Position numbers and translations under genes: made by a program. 64,000 nucleotides of DNA from Nitrospirales bacterium (GTDB lineage Bacteria; Nitrospirota; Nitrospiria; Nitrospirales; UBA8639), in contig OY820905.2 of assembly GCA_963555755.3 (NCBI GenBank), forward strand, positions 2,240,001-2,304,000. Direction: 5' to 3'. Position 1 is the first letter of the stretch. Each line of letters opens with the position of its first letter. Shown piece after piece: positions 1 to 10,457 of this stretch. Under the pieces are notes generated by a model. The model saw only the letters and a program-made list of their open reading frames with translations. It made no database searches and was not told the origin of the DNA.

Positions 1-17
1 TCGTCCTTTCCATACCA

Positions 18-179
18 GGAGCCTGTCCCAGATTAGACGAATCTACTGCGGATGCGCTGGCTTTGGCCAGATCTTCCGATACTTTTCGTTGCATAGTCCA
101 ACTATTCGCCTCAAACGATCGAAACATCTGACTCAAACCAGCACCTCCTCGTGACGATCGCTAATCTCGGACAGGCTCC
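18..179. mobile_element. MITE family D (TIR GGAGCCTGTCC), inserted in a family B element whose parts lie at 1-16 and about 182-259
   Basis: Terminal inverted repeats GGAGCCTGTCC...GGACAGGCTCC; flanks rejoin to the family B sequence seen at 23612-23705. Confidence 0.85.
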
Positions 180-259
180 TAGGAGTATGCGCAGTCCTCG
201 CGCCTTGCCAGACGAGTGTCTCAGCACCCAAACAGGGAAAGTTTTTCTTGCACGAACCC

Positions 260-2899
260 TTACACCACAAAATTGACCAGCTTTTTTTCCACATAAATGA
301 TTTTGCGCGGGGTTGCCCCATTCAGCCACTCGAGTAATTTTCCATCTTGTTGAGCCATGGCAAGAATATCGTCCTTGCTCGAATCGGCAGGAACGACAAT
401 TTTACTCCGCAGCTTCCCGTTCACTTGAAGAGGAATGATCATTTCCTCTTTGACAATTAAGGCCGGATCATACGTCGGCCAGGCCTGCAACGCGATACTC
501 GGCGTATGTCCCATTCGCTCCCACAGTTCTTCGGCGAGATGCGGGGCAAAGGGCTGCAGCAGCAGCAAAAACGCCTCCGCCGAGGTGCGCGGCAACGGAG
601 CATCTTTGCAAATATCTCGCACAAAAACCATCAATTTGGAAATGGCCGTATTGAATCCCATCTCCTCCAAGTCCTGCGTCACACCATGAATAGTTTCAGC
701 AGTGAACCGCGCTTGTCCCGTGGTTCCCGACCCCTCGACCAATGAAATTGACTCACCATCCTCTCCTTCCCTGACAAACAGACGATGCGCCCGTTGCAAA
801 AATCGAGAGACGCCTGGAATCGAATCCGTTGACCACGGCGCGCCTTTATCCAAGGGTCCCATGAACATTTCATACACCCGCAGGGCATCGGTTCCATATT
901 CCGCAATAATGTCATCGGGATTCACGACGTTGCCACGGCTTTTGGACATTTTTTCGGTGACTTCCTCCAGCACCAGGCCTTCGAGAGTAGGATGCAAAGG
1001 CCTATCGTCTTCAGACCACTGCACATCTTTTGAGGCCACCCACCGCGCTTTTAATTCCTCGCCTGTTTTTTTATGCAGCGGGGTTTCATTATCAAATCGC
1101 ACCTCGGATGAGGGATAGGCTTTTGTCTGGAAGTTGGCATCATCAGACAAATTATTATCGAAGTATCGATAGCTGTACCCTAGGATCATTCCCGGATTGA
1201 GTAATTTCTGAAACGGCTCCTTCGTGTGCACGAGCCCAAGGTCAAACAACACCTTGTGCCAGAAGCGGGAATACAGCAGGTGGAGCACGGCATGCTCAGC
1301 ACCACCCACGTAGAGATCAACGGGCATCCAATGTTGCTCAGCCTCTTGGGACCATGGTTCGCTATCATTGGATGGATCGCAGAAACGCAGGTAGTACCAG
1401 CAACTGCCAGCCCATTGCGGCATGGTGTTCGTATCGCGTAAGGCTTTCTGCTTGGACTCCGGGTCTGTGACTTCAACCCAATCGCGCACGCGCGCCAACG
1501 GAGGTTCAAAATCGCCGCTTGGCCGAAAATCTTCCAGGTCCGGCAACAACACGGGCAAGTCGGCTTCCGGCACCACCTTCGTCGTCCCATCTTCAAGGTG
1601 AATGACCGGGAACGGTTCGCCCCAATACCGTTGACGACTGAACAGCCAATCATGCAGTTTGTAATTGACTGTCTTCTCGCCCTTGCCGTGTTCGACCAGC
1701 CATTCATTCATCCGCTGTGTGGCTTGCGAAGTGGCCAGGCCATCTAGAAAGTCTGAATTGACATTCTTCCCCTCACCCGTAAACGCCTCGACAGAAATAT
1801 CTCCTCCGGCAATAACCTCGACAATGGGCAAATCGAATTGCTTCGCAAATACATAATCGCGCGCATCATGCCCAGGGACGGCCATGATCGCTCCGGTTCC
1901 ATACGTCGCCAGGACGTAGTCGGCTATCCAAATCGGCACCTGACCGCCGGTGACGGGATGAATGGCATAAGCCCCGGTGAACACCCCCGTTTTATCTCCC
2001 ACATCCGCCATCCGTGCACGTTCACTCCGGCGTGATACCTCCTCCACATAGGCTTCAACCACTTGCCGATGATCCGCCGTGGTAATCGTTGGCACTGACG
2101 CATGCTCTGGCGCCAAGACCATGTAGGTCGCGCCAAAAAGGGTATCCGGTCGAGTCGTAAACACTTCAAGCGTTTGATCCGAATGGCCAGCCAATTCGAA
2201 GAAAATACGAGCGCCTTCCGACCGGCCCACCCAATCTCGCTGCATGCGTTTGATGGATTCAGGCCAATCAACGGAATCCAGGTCTTCGATCAGCCGATCG
2301 GCATATGCCGTGATGCGGAGCATCCACTGTCGCATCGGCATCCGGACAACAGGATGCCCCCCGCGTTCACTTTTGCCATCGATGACTTCTTCGTTAGCCA
2401 GCACCGTGCCCAACGCCGAGCACCAATTGACCGGCACCTCGGCTAAATACGCCAGCCCTTTCTCATAGAGCCTTCGGAAAATCCATTGGGTCCAGCGGAC
2501 ATACTTCGGATCGGTGGTATCGATCTCGCGCGACCAATCGTAATCCATGCCCAACGCTTGGAACTGGCGCTTAAAATTTTTAATGTTTTTCTTGGTGGTC
2601 TCACGAGGATGGGTCCCTGTTTCGATGGCATATTGTTCAGCCGGCAGGCCAAAGGCATCCCACCCCATGGGATGCAGGACGTTGAACCCACGCATCCGCT
2701 TGTAGCGAGATATGATATCGGTGGCAATGTACCCTTTGGGATGCCCAACATGAAGCCCCGTTCCAGAAGGGTAGGGAAACATATCGAGCACATAGAATTT
2801 GGGCTTGGTGGAATCTATTTGAGAAGAAAAGATGGCATGTTCACGCCAGTAGCGCTGCCATTTCGCCTCAATGGCTTGGTAGTCGTACGTGTTCGCCAT
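260..2899 (-). CDS. leuS: Leucine--tRNA ligase
   Basis: 879 aa; [14 protein letters not shown] (HIGH-like) and KMSKS motifs, editing-domain TTRPDT, C-terminal QVNGKLR. Confidence 0.98.
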   Translation of the reverse strand: MANTYDYQAIEAKWQRYWREHAIFSSQIDSTKPKFYVLDMFPYPSGTGLHVGHPKGYIATDIISRYKRMRGFNVLHPMGWDAFGLPAEQYAIETGTHPRETTKKNIKNFKRQFQALGMDYDWSREIDTTDPKYVRWTQWIFRRLYEKGLAYLAEVPVNWCSALGTVLANEEVIDGKSERGGHPVVRMPMRQWMLRITAYADRLIEDLDSVDWPESIKRMQRDWVGRSEGARIFFELAGHSDQTLEVFTTRPDTLFGATYMVLAPEHASVPTITTADHRQVVEAYVEEVSRRSERARMADVGDKTGVFTGAYAIHPVTGGQVPIWIADYVLATYGTGAIMAVPGHDARDYVFAKQFDLPIVEVIAGGDISVEAFTGEGKNVNSDFLDGLATSQATQRMNEWLVEHGKGEKTVNYKLHDWLFSRQRYWGEPFPVIHLEDGTTKVVPEADLPVLLPDLEDFRPSGDFEPPLARVRDWVEVTDPESKQKALRDTNTMPQWAGSCWYYLRFCDPSNDSEPWSQEAEQHWMPVDLYVGGAEHAVLHLLYSRFWHKVLFDLGLVHTKEPFQKLLNPGMILGYSYRYFDNNLSDDANFQTKAYPSSEVRFDNETPLHKKTGEELKARWVASKDVQWSEDDRPLHPTLEGLVLEEVTEKMSKSRGNVVNPDDIIAEYGTDALRVYEMFMGPLDKGAPWSTDSIPGVSRFLQRAHRLFVREGEDGESISLVEGSGTTGQARFTAETIHGVTQDLEEMGFNTAISKLMVFVRDICKDAPLPRTSAEAFLLLLQPFAPHLAEELWERMGHTPSIALQAWPTYDPALIVKEEMIIPLQVNGKLRSKIVVPADSSKDDILAMAQQDGKLLEWLNGATPRKIIYVEKKLVNFVV

Positions 2900-3000
2900 G
2901 AAATGGAAAGAAGGTGGTTTGTCAGCCTTGGGTCTAAGAGACTATCAACGGAGGGAAAATCTATCACAGACCCGATTGCACGACAAGGCGAACAGAAACA

Positions 3001-3214
3001 GGGAATGTTGAAAAAAGCCGCCAGCGGCGTTCTCGCCCTTTTGTCGTGCTCACGTACTGAGAGTACGCTCCGCGCGTCAAAAGGGCTGCGGCCTTGCTGG
3101 ATAGACCCTTCGGAAAGACTCAGGGCATGCTTTTTTGAACATTCCCTCCCACTGACGCGAGAAGGCTTACCTGGAGCATCTAAGGGTCATGGACCTGAAA
3201 TATTCAACAGACCC
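3001..3214. mobile_element. MITE family C (TIR GGGAATGTTGAAAAA) with 3' extension
   Basis: Core 3001-3146. Related copies at 6122-6254, 13314-13458, 18840-19108 and 39213-39426; variants near 16790-17000, 45988-46105, 46975-47215 and 48318-48505. Confidence 0.85.
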
Positions 3215-3305
3215 AAACAACATGTGCCTTGAGGCATAGATAACCGGATTGTTCTGGAAAGGTTAAGGAAAACAAGGAAGACGATAATCGAAGACCGTGG
3301 GCTTA

Positions 3306-3462
3306 GGGTTCGCGCAAGAATAACTTTCCCTGTTGGGGTGCTGAGACGCCTGTCTGGCAAGGCGCGAGGACTGCGCATACTCCTCGTATGGAAAGGACGA
3401 GCAACGCCGCTAGACGGGATGGATCGACGCCCAAACAGGGGAAGTTATTCTTGCGCGAATCC
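3306..3462. mobile_element. MITE family B (TIR GGGTTCGCGCAAGAATAACTT), 3-bp TWA target duplication
   Basis: About 157 bp, TTA on both flanks; other copies at 23549-23705, 44460-44616, 45361-45516, 46891-47295 and 50745-50901. Confidence 0.9.
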
Positions 3463-3493
3463 TTAAGCTAAACCCACGGGGACATAAGACTGG

Positions 3494-3718
3494 CTAAGGC
3501 TTAGCAGCACCAACCGGAAGTGCTTTTCGTTTTTTGCGAGTGGCGGCTTCAGCGATTTCAGGCGTTTTCTCCTGAATCAGACGATGCTTCATAATCACCG
3601 GGTCAACCACTTCCCCGCAGGCCAAACAGCGCCAGCCTGGCATCCAGAGCTCGCCACTATTTTCCATGTCAATGAAATAGTCGGTCACCATTGTTCCCTG
3701 GCAGCGTACACAATGCAT
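3494..3718 (-). CDS. Small zinc-ribbon protein (CxxC...CxxC)
   Basis: MHCVRCQGTMV...WRCLACGEVVDP; AAGGAGG RBS just upstream of the ATG at 3718. Confidence 0.8.
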   Translation of the reverse strand: MHCVRCQGTMVTDYFIDMENSGELWMPGWRCLACGEVVDPVIMKHRLIQEKTPEIAEAATRKKRKALPVGAAKP

Positions 3719-3866
3719 AACGACCTCCTTGGAAAAAACCCGCTGTCTCTTTTTTCGGTTGGGCAAAGGAGATCTTGAGGAGAAAGGGAGAGGAAAACTC
3801 TACGAACAAGCGCCGAATGAGACGAAGTGTACGCAACGGGGAAGAAGCCGGTTTGATTCGTTTCTA

Positions 3867-4157
3867 GGAACCTGTCCCAGATTAGACGAATCTACTGCGG
3901 ATGTGCTGGGTGTGGCCAGATCTTCCGATCCTTTTCGGGGAAGGTTGAAAAAGACCGCCAGCTGCGTTCTCGGGCTTTTGGCGTGCTCACGTACTGCGTG
4001 TACGCTCCGCGCGCCAAAAGCCCTGCGGCCTTGCTGGACGGCCTTTTTCAACCTTCCCCGTTTTCGTTGAATAGTCCCACTATTCGCCTCAAATGATCGA
4101 AACATCTGACTCAAACCAGCACAGCCTCGTGACGATCGCTAATCTCGGACTGGCTCT
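3867..4157. mobile_element. Composite MITE: family D carrying a family C-like insert (3936-4060)
   Basis: Insert flanked by a TTTT duplication; empty D copies read CTTTTCGTT at this site; near-identical composite at 63387-63677. Confidence 0.85.
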
Positions 4158-4172
4158 TAGGTTCAAGGTTTC

Positions 4173-5690
4173 GTGTGGCTTAAACCCAATCTCTCCCAGG
4201 TTCAGCAGTTCTTTAGTGGAATCATTCGCGACATCTCCCAACGGAAAGATGCGGAAGAAGCCTTACGAGAATCAGAAGAAAAGTATCGATCGATTTTCAA
4301 TCAGGCAGTGGAAGGCATGTACCAAACCCCTCCACAAGGGACCTTTCTCAATGCCAATCCCGCTCTCAGTCAGTTATTGGGATATGACTCGACTCAAGCA
4401 CTCATGGAACAGGTGAACGACATCGGGGGCCAACTCTATGTGGACCCAGACCGACGAAAAGAGTTTTGTCAGCTCGTAGATGTTCAGATGATCATTAACG
4501 ATTTTGAATCGGAAGTGTATCGAAGAGATGGCCGTACCACTTGGATTTCCGAAAATGCTCGAGTGATTCGGAATGAGGAAGGCGCATCACAATGGTATGA
4601 AGGCTTCGTGGTGGATCTCAGCGCACGAAAAGAAGCCGAACAACTTCTGGAAGCCACGAACCGATTGCAGGCGGAAAACATGTTTTTGCAAGAAGAAGTC
4701 ATCGAAGCGCGTGCCTTCGGTGATTTGGTTGGGCAAAGTCCGGCACTCGCCAATGTGATTCGTCAAATCGATCTGGTCGCACCGACCGAAGCGACCGTGT
4801 GAATCCTTGGCGAATCAGGAACCGGAAAAGAACTCGTGGCCCGAGAAATACACAAACGAAGCCAACGAGCGGACAAGCCACTCATTCGAGTCAATTGCGC
4901 CTCGATTCCCAAGGAACTCTACGAGAGTGAATTCTTTGGTCATGTCAAAGGTGCGTTTACCGGAGCTGTCAAAGACAGTGCCGGTCGATTCGAAGCCGCG
5001 GACGGCGGAACATTATTTCTCGATGAAGTCGGAGAAATTTCCTTAGACCTCCAGAGTAAATTCTTGCGGGTATTGCAGGAGCAGCAATACGAACGAGTCG
5101 GAGAGGAACGAACCCGAAAGGTCGATGTACGCATCATTGCCGCGACCAATCGCGACCTAAAAAAAGAAGCGGAAGCGGGCCGTTTTCGGCAAGACCTCTA
5201 TTATCGCCTCAACGTGTTTCCCCTTGAAATTGTTCCACTCCACGAACGAAAAGAAGATATTCCCCTTCTCGCGGAACATCTCCTATCGTTGGCCGCCAAA
5301 AAATTCAACTGCCCCAAACCACGACTCACCAAAGCATTAGTGGCCAAACTCCAACGCTATGATTGGCCGGGAAACATCCGCGAGCTGCAAAACGTGATTG
5401 AGCGCAGCCTTATAGTCTCAGGAGGACAGGAGTTACAGTTTGATATTCCACAGCCAGAGGGAGGGCGATCCATGCCTCACCCAGCATCGGTTTCAAGGCA
5501 AGGTGCGAGCGAAGAAGAAGTCGTCACGGAAGATGAAATGCGCGCACGAGAACGAAACAACACCATTGCAGCCCTCATCAAATCGAATTGGAAAATTTAC
5601 GGATCAGGCGGAGCCGCCGAACTCCTCGGCATGAAGCCAACAACGTTGGTGGCTCGCATCAAAAAAATGGGAATTCAAGGGGTAGGTTAA
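4173..5690 (+). pseudogene. PAS + sigma54-interaction (AAA+) + Fis-HTH enhancer-binding protein, interrupted by an in-frame TGA at 4800-4802 and apparently 5'-truncated
   Basis: Reads ...[18 protein letters not shown]...GAFTGA...LFLDEVGE...WPGNIREL...GAAELLG in one frame; the 5' end abuts a MITE. Confidence 0.85.
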
Positions 5691-6262
5691 CCCTGGAAGA
5701 CTACCGAGATAAAACACACAGTGGTGTGCTCACTTTTCCTCTTGACGTGAAGATTATCGAAGAGTGAACGGAGTAACAGCCTTCAGACTAAACCCTTTCG
5801 TACGGCCTCGAACAATGTATACACGGTTTCCCTCCACCTATGAGAAAAAGGGAGATTCTCTTCCTGGAGAACTCTACTGATAACCTTGTGGCGCCTGCCA
5901 GGAAAGGGGGTCTGGACTAAATGGGTCTGTTGAATCTCGTTATTCCCCGGTGCCTTGCGACGGGGTTACCATTGAGGTTCCCCCTTTGGAAAAGGGGGTT
6001 AGGGGGATTTTCTAATCATGCGGTTTCCTTAAAATACCCCGTTGCTTGCGGCGGGGATCTTTTATTGTTGCAGGTCCATGACCCATAGCTGCTCCAGGTA
6101 AACCTGCTCGCATCAGTGGGAGGGAATGTTCAAAAAAGCATGCCCTGAGTCTTTCCGAAGGGTCTATCCAGCAAGGCCGCAGCCCTTTTGACGCGCGGAG
6201 CGTACACTTTGTACGTGAGCGCGAACGCCGCTGGCGGCTTTTTTCAACATTCCCTTAATATC

Positions 6263-6358
6263 CTAACTTCCTTCTGGGCTGTCCTAGGACGTGGGATCAA
6301 TCGGTGTGGGGGGAAGTTGAGCCAGTCCCAGGAAAGCCAGCCACGGCTGGCTCGAGCG
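6263..6358 (+). repeat. About 95-bp direct repeat, second copy at about 7121-7214
   Basis: TAACTTCCTTCTGGGCT...GCCACGGCTGGCTCGAGC occurs twice, bracketing two small ORFs and a tRNA-like fragment. Confidence 0.85.
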
Positions 6359-6484
6359 AAAAAAGGTATTATGTCAAGACCCGACCCACAACTTTAATCA
6401 GCTGTGACGATGAAGTCCCGATAAGTACTGGATTTTCCGTCATATATAGGAGTAATATAGGTAAAAACATAAGGGGGATTTGTT

Positions 6485-6769
6485 ATGCCGACTCTTGAAA
6501 CAACTTTGATCCATTTAGCACCAGTGCAAAAGAAGAAATTGTTTCAACTTGCCAAACGGCGGCATACCAGTTTGGCGAGTGAGGTGCGCAGCGCGATTGA
6601 ATGTTATTTGGCTATTGGAGCTGAGGGGATCAATCCGGCTGAATTGGCAGATGCTGCCAAAGTGGCTAGGAAGGCGGTAGAGGATATGACGGCTCAAACC
6701 AAGCGGGCGAATCGTCAGTTAGAGTCAGCGTTGCGGGAACTTCGTAAGCCGAAACGGAAAGCTTCATGA
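6485..6769 (+). CDS. Ribbon-helix-helix/CopG-like DNA-binding protein
   Basis: TLIHL...KKKLFQLAKRRHTSLASEVRSAIECYL pattern; GGGGG RBS; 4-nt overlap with the next gene. Confidence 0.65.
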   Translation: MPTLETTLIHLAPVQKKKLFQLAKRRHTSLASEVRSAIECYLAIGAEGINPAELADAAKVARKAVEDMTAQTKRANRQLESALRELRKPKRKAS

Positions 6770-6957
6770 GTGTTGCTGAAGATATTTATAAGACACTCAA
6801 AGGGCTTACGGGTCTACAAGATCAAATGAAACGAATCGAGAAAAACCTTGGTGAGGTCTCGACAGAACTTAAAAACCATCGTGACCGGCTTATCCGACTT
6901 GAGACCAAAATGGAAGTCTATGAAGGGTTGAGCCAACGACGATTCCCGAAGTCTTGA
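6766..6957 (+). CDS. Small coiled-coil hypothetical protein
   Basis: 63 aa with heptad pattern; ATGA overlap with the upstream gene. Confidence 0.6.
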   Translation: MSVAEDIYKTLKGLTGLQDQMKRIEKNLGEVSTELKNHRDRLIRLETKMEVYEGLSQRRFPKS

Positions 6958-6977
6958 GCAGGTCTAACATTAATCTC

Positions 6978-7016
6978 ATCAGCAGGCCACTGGTTCGAGC
7001 CCTGTACGACCCCCCA
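6978..7016 (+). other. Degenerate tRNA 3'-half (att-like remnant)
   Basis: ATCAGCAGGCCACTGGTTCGAGCCCTGTACGACCCCCCA resembles a T-arm plus acceptor strand; no 5' half is present. Confidence 0.5.
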
Positions 7017-7309
7017 CATTGTTGACTGGTACTCTACGCCTGATCCACCCTTAAAAAAGTGTTAAGGAAGGGGGGCGAGCCTTGACTTAAGAAGGGGGGT
7101 CGAGGCTTGACTTAATACCTTAACTTCCTTCTGGGCTATCCTATGACGTGGGATCAATCTGTGTGGGGGAAAGTTGAGCCAGTCCCAGGAAAACCAGCCA
7201 CGGCTGGCTCGAGCCGCTATTTAGTCAACCAAAGATTTGACCCCTATTTGACCCCTATTTATTCTATTTGACCCCTATTCCTAGTCAACCAAAGATTTGA
7301 CCCCTATTC

Positions 7310-8410
7310 AAACCCCGAAATTTCTTTCCCGTCCAAACATACCGATTTCGAGTAAGACCCAACGAGTATCATTACCAGCCAGCTATTCTTATTCTTTCAG
7401 AAGAAACACCTTCCCAAGCTCCTTTAACTTCGGAAGAAATCGATCTCGCAAATCACCTTCGCCACACCATTTGGCCATTAGCCCTTGGGAGTTTGAATGA
7501 CTACAGTAAGGGGTTAAATCAAAAGGGTAGTACCTCCGGGACTTGGTATTCCACTTTCCAACCTGACAAGGTTTTCGGTCGTGCTTTACTATTCCCAAAT
7601 TTACCCCCATTGTATACGGTTCTGCCAGACAATCTCGTTGCGGACCCTACCCCTTATCAAGGAGATGAGCCGTATCGGTTTGATAAAGACCATAATCAAT
7701 GGCAACTACAAGATAGGCTGTTAGCAAACCTTGGTTCGATCTGTCCAAATAATCAAGAATCCCTTTTAGAAATTTCCCGCCTGTTCCTTCTTCACGAACA
7801 CGTACATGATCATCATTGCCTCACTGCTAATACCGCAAGAGAAGTTGGAAAGTTTCAAAATTGCCTTGAGCATTTAGATTATGCTGCGGATACCTATGCT
7901 TTGTTTCACGAGTTCAACTTCGTTCGAAATTTCGACCCAGGAGGTATTGCCGAAGAAAGGGACGATATTCAATCACTAGCTAATTTGATCGAGAATTTGA
8001 TTAAATCTTTTTGGGCATTCGAACGGGAAGGACAAAATAATGATTGGGAAGTTCGTCGGCTGCGGCGCTACTTAAACTGGTACTGGCGTCATATACAAAT
8101 GAAGCGTGCACAAAGTTTAGAGGAAGCCGTTGAAATTATTGCCACCTCCCCCAAAATTGAAATCGCAGGATTAAGACAAAGGTTGAGAGGAAGACGCGTT
8201 GTGATGGTTTTAGACAAACTAGACCCAAATACACAGCTCGAATTAGGGATCGTTTTAAAGGGCGAAAGGTTTTTTAGACTTTCCCAAAGTGCCAATTCTA
8301 ATTTGCAAGGTCTTCTGAATGCTTTTTGCAATAAAGAGCATGATAAAATCTGCGACTTCTTCCGCAGCTTTTACGATTTTGCAAAACAAACTGGAGGGCC
8401 AGAAACTTAA
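7310..8410 (+). pseudogene. 5'-truncated protein: SAVED-like C-terminal segment followed by an HExxH-containing domain
   Basis: Frame is open upstream of the TTG at 7493 (KPRNFFPVQTYRFRVRPNEYHYQPAILIL); LLHEHVH motif; begins at TTGACCCCTATT repeats. Confidence 0.5.
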
Positions 8411-8506
8411 CCCGCATTCACCATTAGACAGGCATGTCAGCCTAGCGCCACTGTTTCCTTGGGAAAACATTTCCTCCCCTTTCGCAACTTCAAAAGATCC
8501 ATCGAC

Positions 8507-9058
8507 CTAAATTAGACTCAGTTGTTGAGCGGCGGGTTCTAACCTTCGTGACAAGTTAATTTTTTTCTCAAACCCGCGCATTAACCCTGGAGGGCATTCC
8601 TTCAACAATGGTTTCAGGTCTTCCAATGACTGAAGGTCGTGGAAGGCTTTCTTAGGCGAGAAATAAACCGCCACTTGCTTTCCTTGTTCCAACAGATTGA
8701 GGATATTGTTCAACGTCCCTTTGCTCTTGCCATCCCATAGCATCAAGCCGGAATCAGCTTCTTCACTCATTACCGTATCTTTCGCGGCATAAAACTGAAA
8801 ATCTTTTTCCGCACGATCGGTGTTAATCTCCCGCGTCTCCCAACTACCAATATTATTCCGGCAATCTTTCCCAGAACAAAAGACCTGCACGTTTCTATAT
8901 TGGCGATCGGCCAAATAGGTTTGCATGGCTTTATCCGCTCCGTTCGCATCCCCCACGAAAACAAACAGTTCGCTACTAATCACATCGTTCAGGCGTTTAC
9001 GGATCACGGCATTCAATGCCCGCACGTGGCGCGAACCGCCTAAAAAAACCTTTTCCAT
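8507..9058 (-). CDS. SLOG-superfamily (DprA/YspA-like Rossmann-fold) protein
   Basis: VFLGGSR...VGDANGAD...KD..M...D.GLMLWDGKSKGT motifs. Confidence 0.75.
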   Translation of the reverse strand: MEKVFLGGSRHVRALNAVIRKRLNDVISSELFVFVGDANGADKAMQTYLADRQYRNVQVFCSGKDCRNNIGSWETREINTDRAEKDFQFYAAKDTVMSEEADSGLMLWDGKSKGTLNNILNLLEQGKQVAVYFSPKKAFHDLQSLEDLKPLLKECPPGLMRGFEKKINLSRRLEPAAQQLSLI

Positions 9059-9669
9059 TATCGGTTTCTCCGTGTTTTCGTCATGGTTAACGCGTAAATG
9101 TTTTCAACCTGGCCACTTTCTGAAAGACAGTCTGCTATCTTGTGCAATGTCGCACCGGATCGATACAGGCCATCAAATAACAAGATAGTTTTACCTTTCA
9201 CCTTTGATTCAAAAACTTCAAAGGCTTCGTCCAGCATAGCCAGCCTTTCGTTGAGATCATGTATATTCTTTAATTCTGGAGTCTCTTTCACCTTCTCGAT
9301 ACAGTCTAAGCATACGTCCACTGTCAACAAATCGCCGAGCTTTTCCGCTAGGAGAATGACCGGCTGATATTTCCTTTGCTTCGAGGGAGGGACAGGCACG
9401 ATAAGGTCAATAACCCAGTCCTTTGAATTAATAAAATCTTGAGCGGTTTCCGCAAGCTCCGATACGACGGATTTATTAGAGCCATACTTTAGCTGGTGAA
9501 GACATTTTCCAACTTGGCTGTAGGTCGTGTCGAATTGCGGGTGTCCAGACGCGCTCTCCCCGATATACACCGCGCTGAGGGTGTGATAGTCCAGGGCAAA
9601 CCCTTCTACCCAATCACCTGGCAATTCCTTAGGGTTAATCTCCAGCATGATGGTCGCAGTGTAGCCCAT
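9058..9669 (-). CDS. ComF-like type I phosphoribosyltransferase
   Basis: LKY, IVPVPPS and ILLFDGLYRSGATL (PRPP loop); 1-nt stop/start overlap with the SLOG gene. Confidence 0.8.
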   Translation of the reverse strand: MGYTATIMLEINPKELPGDWVEGFALDYHTLSAVYIGESASGHPQFDTTYSQVGKCLHQLKYGSNKSVVSELAETAQDFINSKDWVIDLIVPVPPSKQRKYQPVILLAEKLGDLLTVDVCLDCIEKVKETPELKNIHDLNERLAMLDEAFEVFESKVKGKTILLFDGLYRSGATLHKIADCLSESGQVENIYALTMTKTRRNR

Positions 9670-9942
9670 TTTGGGTGATCCAGGGAAATCTTTTTACGAG
9701 GGAGATATAGGATCAGGCATGGGTATTGCCTTATTAAACAAGGATTGCACAAAATTTTATTCTAAACAACGAGGGGGAAGGGGCCACCTCAGTTTGACTC
9801 TTTTTCCCTTCTAAAAATTCAATCAAAACTCATGCCTGCCCCCACTGTTTCATGGATTCATGGAAGTTAAAATAGAATTTCCAATCTTTGCTTAATTCGA
9901 AAGTCATTTACTGCAAAGACTTTTGAGAGTAGAATAATTGTT

Positions 9943-10302
9943 ATGCGATCCTTCCCAAAATTGCTCGCGCTCTTCCTGATTGTTCTCTTCCTCGCGTTTA
10001 GCTTCAATGCCTATGCCTGTCTGGTTCCGATTTATGGCGGCATGAAAGTCAATCAGGGGAGTGATTGCACCATGCCTGGGGAAGAGCCAGCGTCTCAATT
10101 TTGTGATGGATTTAAAACACTCGCCGTCCAATCCGGCCCCGATATTTCGTCTGCAGGACTTTCTCATTTCTCTTTGGGCGGGAACACTCCTTCTTTCTTT
10201 CCCGAACCTGTGACAAGGAGTCACTTTCTCCCCCTCATGTCACGTGTGTTTCTTCCTCCCCCAGTGGATATCCTTGTCCTCATTTCAGTATTTCGAATTT
10301 GA
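9943..10302 (+). CDS. Small Cys-containing exported/membrane protein preceding the metal efflux operon
   Basis: Hydrophobic N-terminus, three Cys, C-terminal LPPPVDILVLISVFRI. Confidence 0.65.
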   Translation: MRSFPKLLALFLIVLFLAFSFNAYACLVPIYGGMKVNQGSDCTMPGEEPASQFCDGFKTLAVQSGPDISSAGLSHFSLGGNTPSFFPEPVTRSHFLPLMSRVFLPPPVDILVLISVFRI

Positions 10303-10457
10303 TACCCTTCCCTTGTTTAATTCTTCCACTTAATTTTCTGATTTAAGAAAACACAAACCCATCTTTCTGTTTTTTCTGGAAAGATGTTCGAGCCTGGATT
10401 TTTCTATCTCCCTATTTTTCAAAAGTGGAGAGGGGCCGGTTTGGATTGGAGATTGAT

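Noticed and set aside
2486..3232. ORFs containing MLKKAASGVLA..., RARITSPVWVLRR... or RAPLKTVLFRDGG... (also 13285, 18838, 39115, 19747, 44348 and others)
   Set aside because: They are translations of the MITE families or antisense shadows of real genes.
4800..4802. Selenocysteine or recoded TGA
   Set aside because: The position corresponds to a hydrophobic residue, not Cys, and other genes in the window use TGA as a normal stop.
9714..9730. Possible sigma54 promoter CAGGCATGGGTATTGCC before the metal efflux operon
   Set aside because: GG-N10-GC spacing is right, but the match is weaker and no enhancer dyads were seen.
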